From: Candidatus Hadarchaeota archaeon
Lineage (GTDB): Archaea; Hadarchaeota; Hadarchaeia; Hadarchaeales; JAWBSP01
Assembly (NCBI GenBank): GCA_964632175.1
Contig: CAZWBJ010000002.1
Coordinates: 13,878 to 77,877 of the forward strand
Direction: 5' to 3'
Length of the DNA stretch: 64,000 bases
A program made the position numbers and the translations under genes. The first letter of the stretch is position 1. Every line of letters begins with the position of its first letter. The notes under the pieces are model-generated. The model was not told where the DNA came from, ran no database searches, and was given only the letters and a program-made list of their open reading frames with translations. Below, piece by piece: positions 1 to 9,138 of the stretch.

Positions 1-90
1 CTCACCCTCCTCTTCTCCTCCCTTTTCCTCCTCTCGTTTTCTGCCCTAGGAAGGAGGCGAGCCGGCCTTCTCCTCCCCTCCCTCCTTCTC

Positions 91-1737
91 TTGCCCCTTG
101 CCCTCCCCCTCTTCCTCTCGGTCGCCGAGCCCGCCGGCGCCGACAGCATGACCGCCTACGTCTCAGGTCTCAGGGTGCTGGTAGTGAGCCCCAACGGCGG
201 GGAGCTCTGGTGGGGGTACAGGACCATCCAGTGGTCGGGCGCTTGCGACCCTCCCGACAACGTCACCTACAGGATAGAGATAAGCGTCGATGGCGGTTCC
301 TCTTGGGGATACGTGGACGAGAAGAGCTTCTGGGAGGAAAACATTCCCGCCCTGCACGAGGTGGTTTTCAACACGACGGGGATAGAGAACTCGACCAAGT
401 GCTTGGTGAGGGTGAGCGCGAAGGCCCAGACTTGGGGATTTGAGAACTCCGACACCTCCGATAACTTCTTCACCATTCAAAACGTCCTCCCCCCACCCCC
501 CCTGACGCCCACCGTCCTGTCCCTCTCCCCCCAGAGCTTCTCCATGAACCCCGGAGAAACCAGGATCTTCACCGCAACCCTCCTTGACAATTCCGGAAAT
601 CCCGTCCGCGATAAGGTCATCACGTGGAGCGCGACTGCCGGTTACTTCTCCATGACCACGTCGGTGACCAACTCCCTCGGTCAGGCTTGGACGGTCTATG
701 TTGCCCCCGATGTCGCGACCGAGACTTCCGTCGTGATAACCGTGTCCTTTGCGGGGGACGAGCAGTACCTGAGCGACAGGACGAGCGCCACGGGAGAGAT
801 CTCCCCGCTTCAAGTGCCCCCGGCGTGGACCCCGACATCCCTTACGCTCTCCCCCGACATCTTCACAATTGAGTCGGGATCGACCATTTCCCTCGTCGCG
901 GTGCTCCTTGACTCCAGTTTCAACCCGCTTGCCGGCAAAACCATCACCTGGACGGCAACGGCCGGGGAGGTCTCACCCGCGACAACGAGCACAAACGCGC
1001 AAGGGAAGGTCACCGTGCTTTACACAGCCCCAGTGGTGGACATCCGGACGGCGGTCATGGTAATCGCCACCTTCTGGGGCGACAACCAGTACCGGGCCTC
1101 CCAAGCTGTTTCCAAGGGCCTGGTGGTTCTTCCCGAGGTGGCCAAGAGCATCGAGAACCTCACAGGCTCCCTCCAGGACCTGAAGTTCTCCGTCGACAAT
1201 CTCGCCCAGGAGATCAGCAAGGTGGCGGGGGCGATTTCTGAGGGGAGGGTGGCGGCCAGCGTGACGGTGAAGGTGGAGGTGGAGACCGGGCGGGTCAAGG
1301 TGAAAAAGGACTTCCAGCACGAGCAGGTTCAGGCCCAAGTTGAGGTGAGGGGGAACAACGTGATCGCGAGGATAAGCTCGGAAAACCGGGAGGGGCGCAC
1401 GGTCATCCTGAACGTGGACAACCGCGTCCTGCCGATTGTCAACATCCGGCACGTGAGGGTAGAGGTAGACGGGCAGGAGATCCCGCTGGCGGACGACTAC
1501 GACGATGTTCTCGACCCGACGAACGACGGCGGGTGGGCGGAGTATCTGATCCTCGTCGGCGGAGAGGGCATCCAAGTCCTGGTCTCCCTTCCGCACTTCT
1601 CCACCCGGACCATCACCATCAGGGGACCGATCACTGGAGGTCCCTCGTATTGGACGCCCGCGCTGGTGGCGGTTAGCATTGTGGTTATCGTGCTCATCCT
1701 CCTTCTCACCCTCAGGAGGAAGCCCGTACCCAGATAG
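91..1737 (+). CDS. Secreted or cell-surface protein. It has a hydrophobic signal-like N-terminus, two tandem ~100-aa Ig-like repeats, several N-glycosylation sequons, and a C-terminal TM helix with an RRKPVPR tail. The start is unresolved: the frame stays open back to window position 1.
   Basis: Hydrophobic LLLPSLLLLPLALPLFLSVAEPAGADS stretch. Internal repeat ITWSATAGYF...TVYVAP / ITWTATAGEV...VLYTAP. Sequons NVT/NTT/NST/NLT. C-terminal VAVSIVVIVLILLLTLRRK. No stop between position 1 and 91. A GGAAGGAGG motif sits at 47-55. Confidence 0.5.
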   Translation: MPLALPLFLSVAEPAGADSMTAYVSGLRVLVVSPNGGELWWGYRTIQWSGACDPPDNVTYRIEISVDGGSSWGYVDEKSFWEENIPALHEVVFNTTGIENSTKCLVRVSAKAQTWGFENSDTSDNFFTIQNVLPPPPLTPTVLSLSPQSFSMNPGETRIFTATLLDNSGNPVRDKVITWSATAGYFSMTTSVTNSLGQAWTVYVAPDVATETSVVITVSFAGDEQYLSDRTSATGEISPLQVPPAWTPTSLTLSPDIFTIESGSTISLVAVLLDSSFNPLAGKTITWTATAGEVSPATTSTNAQGKVTVLYTAPVVDIRTAVMVIATFWGDNQYRASQAVSKGLVVLPEVAKSIENLTGSLQDLKFSVDNLAQEISKVAGAISEGRVAASVTVKVEVETGRVKVKKDFQHEQVQAQVEVRGNNVIARISSENREGRTVILNVDNRVLPIVNIRHVRVEVDGQEIPLADDYDDVLDPTNDGGWAEYLILVGGEGIQVLVSLPHFSTRTITIRGPITGGPSYWTPALVAVSIVVIVLILLLTLRRKPVPR

Positions 1738-1844
1738 GCCCGGGGACATCAAGCCGAAAGCGTTACGAGGGAGAGTAGGTAGGTATATTTCGTTGCTACC
1801 TCCTCCGGAAAGGCAACAAAAATTTTTCGTTGATTGACGAACAG

Positions 1845-1870
1845 AAAAGCTTTTATGCTTTACTATCACC
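1845..1870 (+). promoter_or_regulatory. Putative BRE/TATA promoter of tfb. It is an AT-rich TTTTATGCTTTACTAT element about 30 bp upstream of the ATG, which implies a short or leaderless 5' end.
   Basis: AT-rich 150-bp intergenic region in a ~60% GC context. The TATA-like element sits 30-38 nt before ATG 1889. Confidence 0.35.
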
Positions 1871-1888
1871 TATTGCTTCGGGAAGCAA

Positions 1889-2809
1889 ATGAGAGGAGCA
1901 CCCGAGGCGGAGGAGGCACAGTGCCCCAAGTGCGGGGGAAGGAAATTGATTAGAGATTACGAGCATGCCGAGGTGGTATGCGGGGACTGCGGGTACGTCA
2001 TTACGGACAGGCTACTCGACGCGGGCCCGGACTGGAGGATGATGGGAAGGGACAAGACCAAGGGGAGGACGGGGGCACCCATGACGTTGAGTATTCACGA
2101 CAAGGGCTTGTCTACCATGATAGACTGGAGGGACAAGGACAGCTACGGGAAGGAGCTCACGGCCGGGCGCAGGGCCCAGATCTACAGGCTGAGGAAGTGG
2201 CAGCGCAGGATAAGGATAGGGGACGCGGTTGACCGGAACCTAACCTTCGCCCTCGGGGAAATAGAGCGGATGACGGCCCACCTCGGCCTGCCAAACGATG
2301 TGAAGGAGGCGGCGTGCCACATCTACAGGAAGGCGGTGGAGGAGAGGCTCATAAGGGGAAGGTCCATCGAGGGGGTTGCCGCTGCCGCCCTGTACGCCGC
2401 CTGCAGGCAGTGGCGCATCCCAAGAACCCTGGACGAGATCGCGGAGGTCTCGAGGGTGAGCAAGAAGGAGATAGGAAGGAGCTACAGGTTCATCATCCGA
2501 CAGCTCATGAAGACCCCCTCCAGCTCCCCGGTGGACTACATCCCCAGATTCGCCAGCGAGCTCGGCCTTTCCGGAGAGGTGGAGGCCAAGGCCATCGAGA
2601 TCCTGAAGAAGTCTGCCCCCTACGGCCTCACCTCCGGAAGGGGGCCCACGGGTGTCGCTGCCGCCGCCCTGTATATAGCAACGGTCCTCTGCAACGAGAG
2701 GAGAACCCAGAGGGAGATCGCCAACGTGGCCAGGGTCACAGAGGTCACGGTCAGGAACCGGTACAAGGAGATCGCGGAGAAGCTGGGGCTGGACGTAGAG
2801 CTGGACTGA
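1889..2809 (+). CDS. tfb: Transcription initiation factor IIB (TFB)
   Basis: N-terminal Zn ribbon CPKCGG...CGDCGY followed by two cyclin-fold repeats. Typical TFB length of 306 aa. Confidence 0.95.
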   Translation: MRGAPEAEEAQCPKCGGRKLIRDYEHAEVVCGDCGYVITDRLLDAGPDWRMMGRDKTKGRTGAPMTLSIHDKGLSTMIDWRDKDSYGKELTAGRRAQIYRLRKWQRRIRIGDAVDRNLTFALGEIERMTAHLGLPNDVKEAACHIYRKAVEERLIRGRSIEGVAAAALYAACRQWRIPRTLDEIAEVSRVSKKEIGRSYRFIIRQLMKTPSSSPVDYIPRFASELGLSGEVEAKAIEILKKSAPYGLTSGRGPTGVAAAALYIATVLCNERRTQREIANVARVTEVTVRNRYKEIAEKLGLDVELD

Positions 2810-2839
2810 TCGGATTTTCCTCCCTAAAGACAGTCTCGG

Positions 2840-3262
2840 ATGGGGGGAGTATACGTTCTCTTCCTGCACGTCCCCTTCTCCATGCCCGCAGTCATCGGCG
2901 GGCTGGGCAGGCTCGAGTTCAGGGGAGGATACTATGCCTACGTCGGGTCTGCCATGGGAGGTCTTGAGCAGAGGATTGGCAGGCATCTACAGCGGGAGAA
3001 AGCCCTCCACTGGCATATAGATTACCTCCTGCTCCGGGCCCTTCCCTACGACGTGGTGGTGGCAGAAACCGGGGAGAGGAAGGAATGCGAGCTGGCGGCC
3101 AAGCTGATGGAGAGGTTTCCCTGCATGGAAGGATTCGGGTCGAGCGACTGCAAGTGCAGGAGCCACCTCTTCTACTCCGCCGAGCCCGCCCCCCTTCTGG
3201 AGGCGGTGCTGAAGGCCATGAAGGAGCTCGGACTCACCCCGCGGAGGCAGAAGATTGTATAG
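2840..3262 (+). CDS. DUF123 family protein (GIY-YIG-like nuclease superfamily)
   Basis: GVYVLFL ... GYYAYVGSA ... RIGRH ... HWHIDYL motifs characteristic of DUF123/GIY-YIG. Length 140 aa. Confidence 0.8.
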   Translation: MGGVYVLFLHVPFSMPAVIGGLGRLEFRGGYYAYVGSAMGGLEQRIGRHLQREKALHWHIDYLLLRALPYDVVVAETGERKECELAAKLMERFPCMEGFGSSDCKCRSHLFYSAEPAPLLEAVLKAMKELGLTPRRQKIV

Positions 3263-3845
3263 GGAAAGGGATGCCTACCGCAGGCTGGCCAGGGAGCGCG
3301 GGTACCGGAGCAGGGCGGCCTTCAAACTCCTCCAGCTGGACAGGAGGTACCACCTCTTTAAACGGGGGGATGTGGTGGTCGATCTCGGGGCGGCACCGGG
3401 TGGGTGGCTGCAGGTGGCGAGGCAGAAGGTTGGGGAGGAGGGATTTGTTCTGGGCGTTGACCTTCTGCCCATTAGGGAGCTACCGCACGGGAACGTTGCC
3501 ACCCTCGTAGCCGACATCACCGAACCGCAGACCGCCTCCCTCATCCTCCAGCTCCTGCCGAGAAAGGCAGATGTGGTGCTTTCGGATGCCTCCCCCCAGA
3601 TTTCCGGCGTTTGGAGTGTGGACCATCTCCGCTCCGTGGAGCTCTGCCGCTCCGCCCTGCAAATCTGCGAAAAAGTACTGAGGAGCGGGGGGAACGCCTT
3701 GATAAAGATCTTCCAAGGGGAGGAGTTCGAATCCTTTTTCTCAGAATTTAAGAGAAGGTTCCAGTTTTCTAAAATACACAAACCCGGAGCCTCAAGAAGG
3801 GGGAGCGCAGAGATATACCTGGTGGGAAAGAACCTTCTAGGATAG
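3255..3845 (+). CDS. rlmE: 23S rRNA (uridine-2'-O)-methyltransferase RlmE/FtsJ
   Basis: YRSRAAFKL...DLGAAPGGW...DVVLSDASP motifs of the FtsJ/RrmJ family. Confidence 0.9.
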   Translation: MYRERDAYRRLARERGYRSRAAFKLLQLDRRYHLFKRGDVVVDLGAAPGGWLQVARQKVGEEGFVLGVDLLPIRELPHGNVATLVADITEPQTASLILQLLPRKADVVLSDASPQISGVWSVDHLRSVELCRSALQICEKVLRSGGNALIKIFQGEEFESFFSEFKRRFQFSKIHKPGASRRGSAEIYLVGKNLLG

Positions 3846-3849
3846 TTGA

Positions 3850-5001
3850 TCACCTCAACTGTTGCTCCAGCGCCTCGAGCGGTGCGTCCGTTCTTATGCC
3901 GTCTGGGGAAAAATGGGTCCTGGTGGCCTGGAAGCCCATCCCTTGCAGCTTCTCAATTATCCTATCTAGTTTGGGTGGGGAAATCCTCATCCGCTCGCAA
4001 AGCTTGTGTATGCTGTAAAAAGTCGGGGGTCCCTCTGCCTCCAACAGGAGGAGCTGCAGGAGCCTCCTCTCCTCCGTGGCCCTCTTGAAGGATCTCCGCT
4101 CCAGCTCCCGGGACATTTCATGGAGGAAATCCCGCTTTCCCAGCTCGCCCAGCCACATCGGGCCCGCGTGCCGCAGGCGGTTGCCACAGGCGCAAACTTC
4201 CTCCACGTTTAAACCCCAGCCCTCATAAACCTTCCTCCGCCCGCATGCGAAGCAGTGGGAAATCATCCCCTGTCGCTTGAGCAACGTATCGGCCAGACTG
4301 CGGCTCCTCCTGGCCAGAAAGCCCACCCTGAAGTAGTGCCTAGTAGCGTGTGAGAAAACGGGTTCGAGCGAGATCCCGAACTTGGCCGCCGTCCTCTGAG
4401 CGGATCCTATCAAAATCCTGAGCCCAATCTCCCTGCAGTATTCCGTTCGCAGGGGCTTGGCAGAGTACTTCCGGAGACATGCCCTCTCCCCCCTGCCGCA
4501 GAGGGGGGCGGTGTCGGTCGCCGTCACTAGGAGGAGGGCCCGGGGTTTCAGGCCCCTGCAGGCCGAATCCAAGAAGGTTGAAGGAGAGCCGAAGGGATCC
4601 AAGTCCACCAAGTCGAACCTGTTGGAGTTCAGCAGAACGTTGGCATCCTCTTTCATGATCTTGACGTTTTCGAGCTTGTTGAGCTCCACGTTCCTCCTCA
4701 GCAACTCTTGGGCGAGCGGCGAGCGGTCGTTGAGCACGGCGGAGGAGACCCCCTCCACCTCCTTGGCGTACCTGAGCCCCCTGACCCCCACGCCCGCCAT
4801 GGGGTCGCAGACCTCGATACTGCATCCCCTCGAAAAGACCGCGCAGGCCAGAACCGAGAGATCCCGACTCAGCTCCATATGAGGATTGTAGAAAACGGGT
4901 GCAAGTGAGGGGACGTAATCCCCGCTGGGTGCTCTATACGAGCTGAGTTCGGGGACCTCAAGCTCCACCAGTCCTTCCCTCACCAGCTGGGTTTTGATCA
5001 T
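3850..5001 (-). CDS. trm1: tRNA (guanine26-N2)-dimethyltransferase Trm1
   Basis: DPFGSP motif, a C-terminal Cys cluster, and Trm1-typical length of 383 aa. Confidence 0.9.
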   Translation of the reverse strand: MIKTQLVREGLVELEVPELSSYRAPSGDYVPSLAPVFYNPHMELSRDLSVLACAVFSRGCSIEVCDPMAGVGVRGLRYAKEVEGVSSAVLNDRSPLAQELLRRNVELNKLENVKIMKEDANVLLNSNRFDLVDLDPFGSPSTFLDSACRGLKPRALLLVTATDTAPLCGRGERACLRKYSAKPLRTEYCREIGLRILIGSAQRTAAKFGISLEPVFSHATRHYFRVGFLARRSRSLADTLLKRQGMISHCFACGRRKVYEGWGLNVEEVCACGNRLRHAGPMWLGELGKRDFLHEMSRELERRSFKRATEERRLLQLLLLEAEGPPTFYSIHKLCERMRISPPKLDRIIEKLQGMGFQATRTHFSPDGIRTDAPLEALEQQLR

Positions 5002-5287
5002 CAGTTTCTTGCCAGGGGTCGAAAACTGTTTTTCGGGTTTGGCAAGTGAGTTCTCGTTTCAACAAGACCTCAGGATAGAATTCGGGGCTCAGTTGCGAAA
5101 AGCAGGAGTTACCGATTGATAAAACCCTGCAGCAGATCCCCGGGACGGAATTTCTCCCCACATTCCGAAAACGGTCGGCTGAATGTCGACCAGTTTTCTG
5201 ATTTTTCCATTGCCCTTTCGTCAAGGATTTAGTATAAACTTCAGTGTCCTTTTAGCGAGGAAAGAAGACTGTGTGTTTTTAAACATA

Positions 5288-6532
5288 ATGCACAAAATAA
5301 TAATGCACAAAATCATAAAGCGTCCAACGGATGTGGACGCCTTCAACAAATTGGGTCCTTGGGTGCTGATTTGCGGTAGGAGGAAAACGGGGAAGACTTT
5401 CTTCGTTCGGGAGTTCCTTGACTGGGACGAATACTTCTTCGTGAAGAGAGGAGGGCGATCGCTGCTTGACGGGGAGGGGAGGGAGCTGAGCTACCCGACC
5501 TTTCTGGAGGTCTTCAGGAGGGATTTTCCAGAAAAGTGCTTCGCCATCGACGAATTCCAGAGACTTCCCGACGATTTCTCCGACCTCCTCCATTCCATGG
5601 GAATGAGGGGGAGGTTGATTGCGGTGACCTCAGCCCTCTCTTTCTCCAAGAAGATGCTGGAAGGCTCTTCTCCCCTTCTTGGGCTTTTCTCCGTTCTCAA
5701 ACTTGGGCTGGTGGACGAAAGGGACATCCTGCTGGGGCTTTCGAGGGAGCTGAAAGGAAGGGAGCTCATCGAGGCATCGGTCTACCTTAGGGAGCCATGG
5801 CTCGTCCCGAGGTTTCGGGGAAGGATGAAGGAGTTCCTCCCATCCTTTCTCTACGAGCAGAGGGGAGCAATCAAGGCGCTGCTCGGCGAGATCTTCACGG
5901 AGGAGGAAAGGGAACTCTCTCTCGTCTACCAGGGAATTCTTGAGGCTGTCGCCATGGGGAAACGGGTAAGCACGGAGATATCCAGCCATCTCTACTCCCT
6001 GGGACTCCTTCCAAAGGACAATCCCGGCGCTATCCAGAGATACCTGGAGGTCCTGGTCGAGACCAATCTCCTCGAGAAGACACCGGTTTACGGATCGAAG
6101 AAGTTCAGATACCGACATGCCTCCCCCCTCCTTGATCTTCACTTCTATCTGGAGGGAAAGTACTCATACACCGAAACGGAAATCCCCGAGCAATTCATCG
6201 GGGAGGTCGTTCAACAGAAGCTACCCGTCCACGTGGAGGAATTCTTCTCCTCCCTTCTCTCCAAACTCCTCGGCCTGAGAAGGGTGGCGGTTGAGGAGCC
6301 ACCCTTAGACATCGCCCTTTTCGAGTTCAAGCGGTTGAAGGTGGTCGGGGAGGTGAAGTGGGGGAAGGTGGAAAAGGAAGAGCTCCAAAGGATAGGAGAG
6401 CGACTGAGAAAATTCGACGCCGAACGGTATCTCATAGTTCCAGAGGATGGGATAGAGCTGGAGGGCGTAAAGGTTCTTGATGTTCCGGCAATCCTAGAAA
6501 TCCTGAAGTCGGGATATCCAAAGGAAGTCTAA
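5288..6532 (+). CDS. Archaeal ATPase family protein (AAA+ P-loop) with a DUF234 C-terminal domain
   Basis: Walker A GRRKTGKT and Walker B FAIDEFQ. The start is probably ATG 5288 or 5303, within a 15-bp tandem duplication that encodes MHKII-MHKII. The six-frame ORF extends back to 5183. Confidence 0.75.
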   Translation: MHKIIMHKIIKRPTDVDAFNKLGPWVLICGRRKTGKTFFVREFLDWDEYFFVKRGGRSLLDGEGRELSYPTFLEVFRRDFPEKCFAIDEFQRLPDDFSDLLHSMGMRGRLIAVTSALSFSKKMLEGSSPLLGLFSVLKLGLVDERDILLGLSRELKGRELIEASVYLREPWLVPRFRGRMKEFLPSFLYEQRGAIKALLGEIFTEEERELSLVYQGILEAVAMGKRVSTEISSHLYSLGLLPKDNPGAIQRYLEVLVETNLLEKTPVYGSKKFRYRHASPLLDLHFYLEGKYSYTETEIPEQFIGEVVQQKLPVHVEEFFSSLLSKLLGLRRVAVEEPPLDIALFEFKRLKVVGEVKWGKVEKEELQRIGERLRKFDAERYLIVPEDGIELEGVKVLDVPAILEILKSGYPKEV

Positions 6533-6583
6533 CGGACCTAGGAGGGAAAGCGCCTTCTTCTCAGGCTGGAAAGTTTTTAGAAA

Positions 6584-6610
6584 AAACGAATGTCTTGAAT
6601 ATTCGTTTTC
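6584..6610 (+). terminator. Perfect 9-bp inverted repeat (AAAACGAAT / ATTCGTTTT) with a 9-nt loop, ending in a T-tract, located 50 nt downstream of the ATPase gene.
   Basis: Read directly from the sequence. It lies inside an unusually AT-rich intergenic region (6533-6754). Confidence 0.4.
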
Positions 6611-6754
6611 TAAGAGAACTAATGTTTGAAGAAGTGAATTTTGTCTTAAGGGGCTGTACCAACCTTTGATGGGATTTTCTGTTGGGGAGGTAATCTAAAA
6701 TTACAAAATTCCATGAACCTAGTCAGCACGACAAACGAAAACCTACAACAAACT

Positions 6755-7738
6755 TCATGGGTAGGGTTTGGTTGAGAGTACTTTCTTCAGCTGGGTTATT
6801 TCCTCGACAGGTGTGGGGTCCACCCCCCTCAACCCAGCCAAGTGATAGGACACGATGTCCCCAAAATATATGAGTGAGAGCATCTCCGCGAGCCGTCCCT
6901 CCCCTTCTCCCCTAAGCTCGATGATGTCTCTTCCCTCAACAAGGCTTTTAAGGAAGTCTATCCTGAGAGAAATCCTTTCCTCCTCTTTTGGACTCCTCAG
7001 AAGGACAAAACAAACGTTGGGGGGCACATCCCGGATACCCACTATCTCATTGTGGCAGAGTTCCGGCAGGAACTCCACCTTGGCGGGCATCTTGCTGTTC
7101 TCGTTGAGCTGGGTCTTGAGCCTGAAGGCCACGGAGGTGAGACCGGGCGGAGCATAGATGAAGGCCATTTTGTTCAACAATCTCACCGCAACCCCTTTCG
7201 CCTCTTCCGCCCTTTCTCTCACACGGGGGAGGAGTCGGAGGCTCTCGGATATTTCACCCTCAAGCTGGGGAGGCACCAACCCGGTGTCCTTCATCACCCT
7301 GACCAGGGAGAAAAAGAGGTAAGGAAAGGCGGACCTTGGGGGGAGACCGGGAGGAACCCGGAGGAAGGGACGATCCCCGAGCAGGTGAGCTAGGCTGCCG
7401 CCGGAGCCTATCCCGACAATCTTTGCCCCCACCGCTTCCCCCTCCCTCGCGCAGTTTAGGGTCTCCTCCGTCTCGCCGGAATAGCTGATCAGAATCAGGA
7501 GCGTGTCCCTCGAAACCCAGCGCGGCAGGTGGTAACCCCTGCAGACTTCAAAGGGGAAGGGAGGATTGAGCCACTCCTTAACCACGTCCCCTGCAATGGC
7601 CGAGCCGCCCATTCCCGCGACCACCACACCCACGACCTCTGTCGGTGCCAAGCCAGAGGAGGAAGAGAACGCCTCCTGGCACATCTCCGGGAACGCCTGA
7701 ATGAGCCTCCACATGTTGCTACGGTCACATTCGTACAT
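6755..7738 (-). CDS. Bifunctional phosphoglucose/phosphomannose isomerase (SIS domain, archaeal PGI/PMI family)
   Basis: SIS-type GMGGS motif and ~300 aa length, consistent with the archaeal PGI/PMI family. The start may instead be the second Met (MWRLIQAFPE) at 7714. Confidence 0.65.
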   Translation of the reverse strand: MYECDRSNMWRLIQAFPEMCQEAFSSSSGLAPTEVVGVVVAGMGGSAIAGDVVKEWLNPPFPFEVCRGYHLPRWVSRDTLLILISYSGETEETLNCAREGEAVGAKIVGIGSGGSLAHLLGDRPFLRVPPGLPPRSAFPYLFFSLVRVMKDTGLVPPQLEGEISESLRLLPRVRERAEEAKGVAVRLLNKMAFIYAPPGLTSVAFRLKTQLNENSKMPAKVEFLPELCHNEIVGIRDVPPNVCFVLLRSPKEEERISLRIDFLKSLVEGRDIIELRGEGEGRLAEMLSLIYFGDIVSYHLAGLRGVDPTPVEEITQLKKVLSTKPYP

Positions 7739-8300
7739 GTATTACACGTTCCTCGGTTACTATAATGTCAACCCGTTCGTCGGTGGGGGATTCGGGGAGC
7801 TCCTCCACCACCTGGAAAGAATACGCCAACCCCACAGCTTTCGCTTTCGGGTTAGCACTTCTCAGCTCCTTCAGAAATCTGTCATAGAAACCCTTCCCGT
7901 ATCCCAACCTCCTTCCTTTTACATCGAAACATATTCCCGGAACTAGAACCAAATCGATTTCAGAGGGGGGGATGAATTTCTTGAACTCCGGGTTTGGTTG
8001 AGGGATCCCGAAAGGCCCGGGGCGAAGTTCGGAGGGGTGCCGAAGGTGTAAGAACCTGATTTCCTCCCCAACCACGACCGGTGCTAGAATCTTTTTCTTG
8101 TCAAGCTGATCCAAAAGCAGGGAGGTGTCCACTTCCCCGCTCCCAGGCTTGGGCAGGTAAATCGCAAGGGAAGTGGCCTGCTGAAACTCCGGCAACCCGA
8201 GGAGATTCTCCTTTATCTGGAGGCTCTTCTCCAGCACCAGGGAAGGGTCCAACTCCGCCCTAAGCTTCTTGAATTTAGACCTGAACTCCTCTCTCTGCAC
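7725..8300 (-). CDS. 5-formyltetrahydrofolate cyclo-ligase (MTHFS)
   Basis: GYGKGFYDRFL motif; 191 aa. Confidence 0.85.
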   Translation of the reverse strand: MQREEFRSKFKKLRAELDPSLVLEKSLQIKENLLGLPEFQQATSLAIYLPKPGSGEVDTSLLLDQLDKKKILAPVVVGEEIRFLHLRHPSELRPGPFGIPQPNPEFKKFIPPSEIDLVLVPGICFDVKGRRLGYGKGFYDRFLKELRSANPKAKAVGLAYSFQVVEELPESPTDERVDIIVTEERVIHVRM

Positions 8301-9138
8301 GCTCCGCCACCAGCACCACGTTGTGTAGCAGCATCGCCCTGGTCATGGGACCCACCCCTCCAGGCACCGGCGTGATGTAGGACACCTTCTCTTTGACTCT
8401 CTCAAAATCCACATCCCCCACCAACTTCCCTCCGATGAAGTTCATCCCGATATCCACGACAACTGCCCCCTCCTTGACCGCCTCCGGGCCCACCACAAAC
8501 TTCGGTCTCCTGCCCACGGCGGTGACGAGTATATCCGCCTCCTTCATCCGCTCCGAGAGTGAGGGGGTTTTGGAGTGGCAGATAACCACGGTGGCGTTCC
8601 GATCCAGCATGAGCTTGGCCAGCGGCTTTCCCACCAGATTGCTCCGGTTGACGATGACCGCGAGCTTCCCCGCAAGTGAAACGGAATAGTAATCTAGGAG
8701 CTTTATTACCCCCTTGGGCGTGCAGGGAAGCAGGTCGCGGTCGAGATCGTACTGACCAAGCCAGAGCTTGCCGACGTTCAGGGGATGGAGCCCGTCAACA
8801 TCCTTTGAAGGATCTATATGCGAAAGAGGCTGATTGGTCAGAGGGGGAGGAAGGGGAAGCTGAACGATTATACCGTGAACGGTGGGGTCGGTGTTGAGCT
8901 CGCGGATGGTGCAGATGAGTTCCTCTTCTTCCGTCCCAGCTGGGAAATGAAGGAGCTGAAAATCTATCCCGACCTCCCGGCAGTCCTTCTCCTTCCCCGC
9001 CACGTAAGTTTTGGAAGCGGGATCATCCCCCACAAGTATCACGGCCAGCTTGGGTGGCCTAGGAAGCTTTCCTATCCTTTCCCTAAGCTCTTTCTTCACC
9101 TCCTCGGCAACCCTTTTTCCGTCAAGTAACGTAACCAT
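8275..9138 (-). CDS. folD: Bifunctional methylenetetrahydrofolate dehydrogenase/cyclohydrolase FolD
   Basis: IIVQLPLP hallmark and tetrahydrofolate dehydrogenase/cyclohydrolase motifs; 287 aa. Confidence 0.9.
   Translation of the reverse strand: MVTLLDGKRVAEEVKKELRERIGKLPRPPKLAVILVGDDPASKTYVAGKEKDCREVGIDFQLLHFPAGTEEEELICTIRELNTDPTVHGIIVQLPLPPPLTNQPLSHIDPSKDVDGLHPLNVGKLWLGQYDLDRDLLPCTPKGVIKLLDYYSVSLAGKLAVIVNRSNLVGKPLAKLMLDRNATVVICHSKTPSLSERMKEADILVTAVGRRPKFVVGPEAVKEGAVVVDIGMNFIGGKLVGDVDFERVKEKVSYITPVPGGVGPMTRAMLLHNVVLVAERAERGVQV

Noticed and set aside
973-1869. Long antisense ORFs, e.g. 973-1869(-), 2240-2986(-), 3275-3853(-), 19156-19785(-), 21110-21745(+), 32342-33130(-), 35651-36340(-), 37372-38268(-), 43184-43822(-), 46692-47492(-), 62566-63285(-), 63360-63938(-)
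   Set aside because: They fully overlap well-supported genes on the opposite strand. They have Arg/Pro/Gly-rich low-complexity translations typical of spurious ORFs in high-GC DNA, and show no recognisable domains.
5100-5230. Possible box C/D sRNA in the Trm1/ATPase intergenic region (two CTGA motifs)
   Set aside because: There are no convincing C/C' boxes (RUGAUGA), no terminal stem, and the region is AT-rich, unlike structured RNAs of a high-GC thermophile.
6533-6754. AT-rich 220-bp region as a candidate ncRNA or tRNA
   Set aside because: The GC content is too low for a thermophile tRNA or structured RNA, and no cloverleaf could be built. Only a terminator-like hairpin (6584-6610) is supported.
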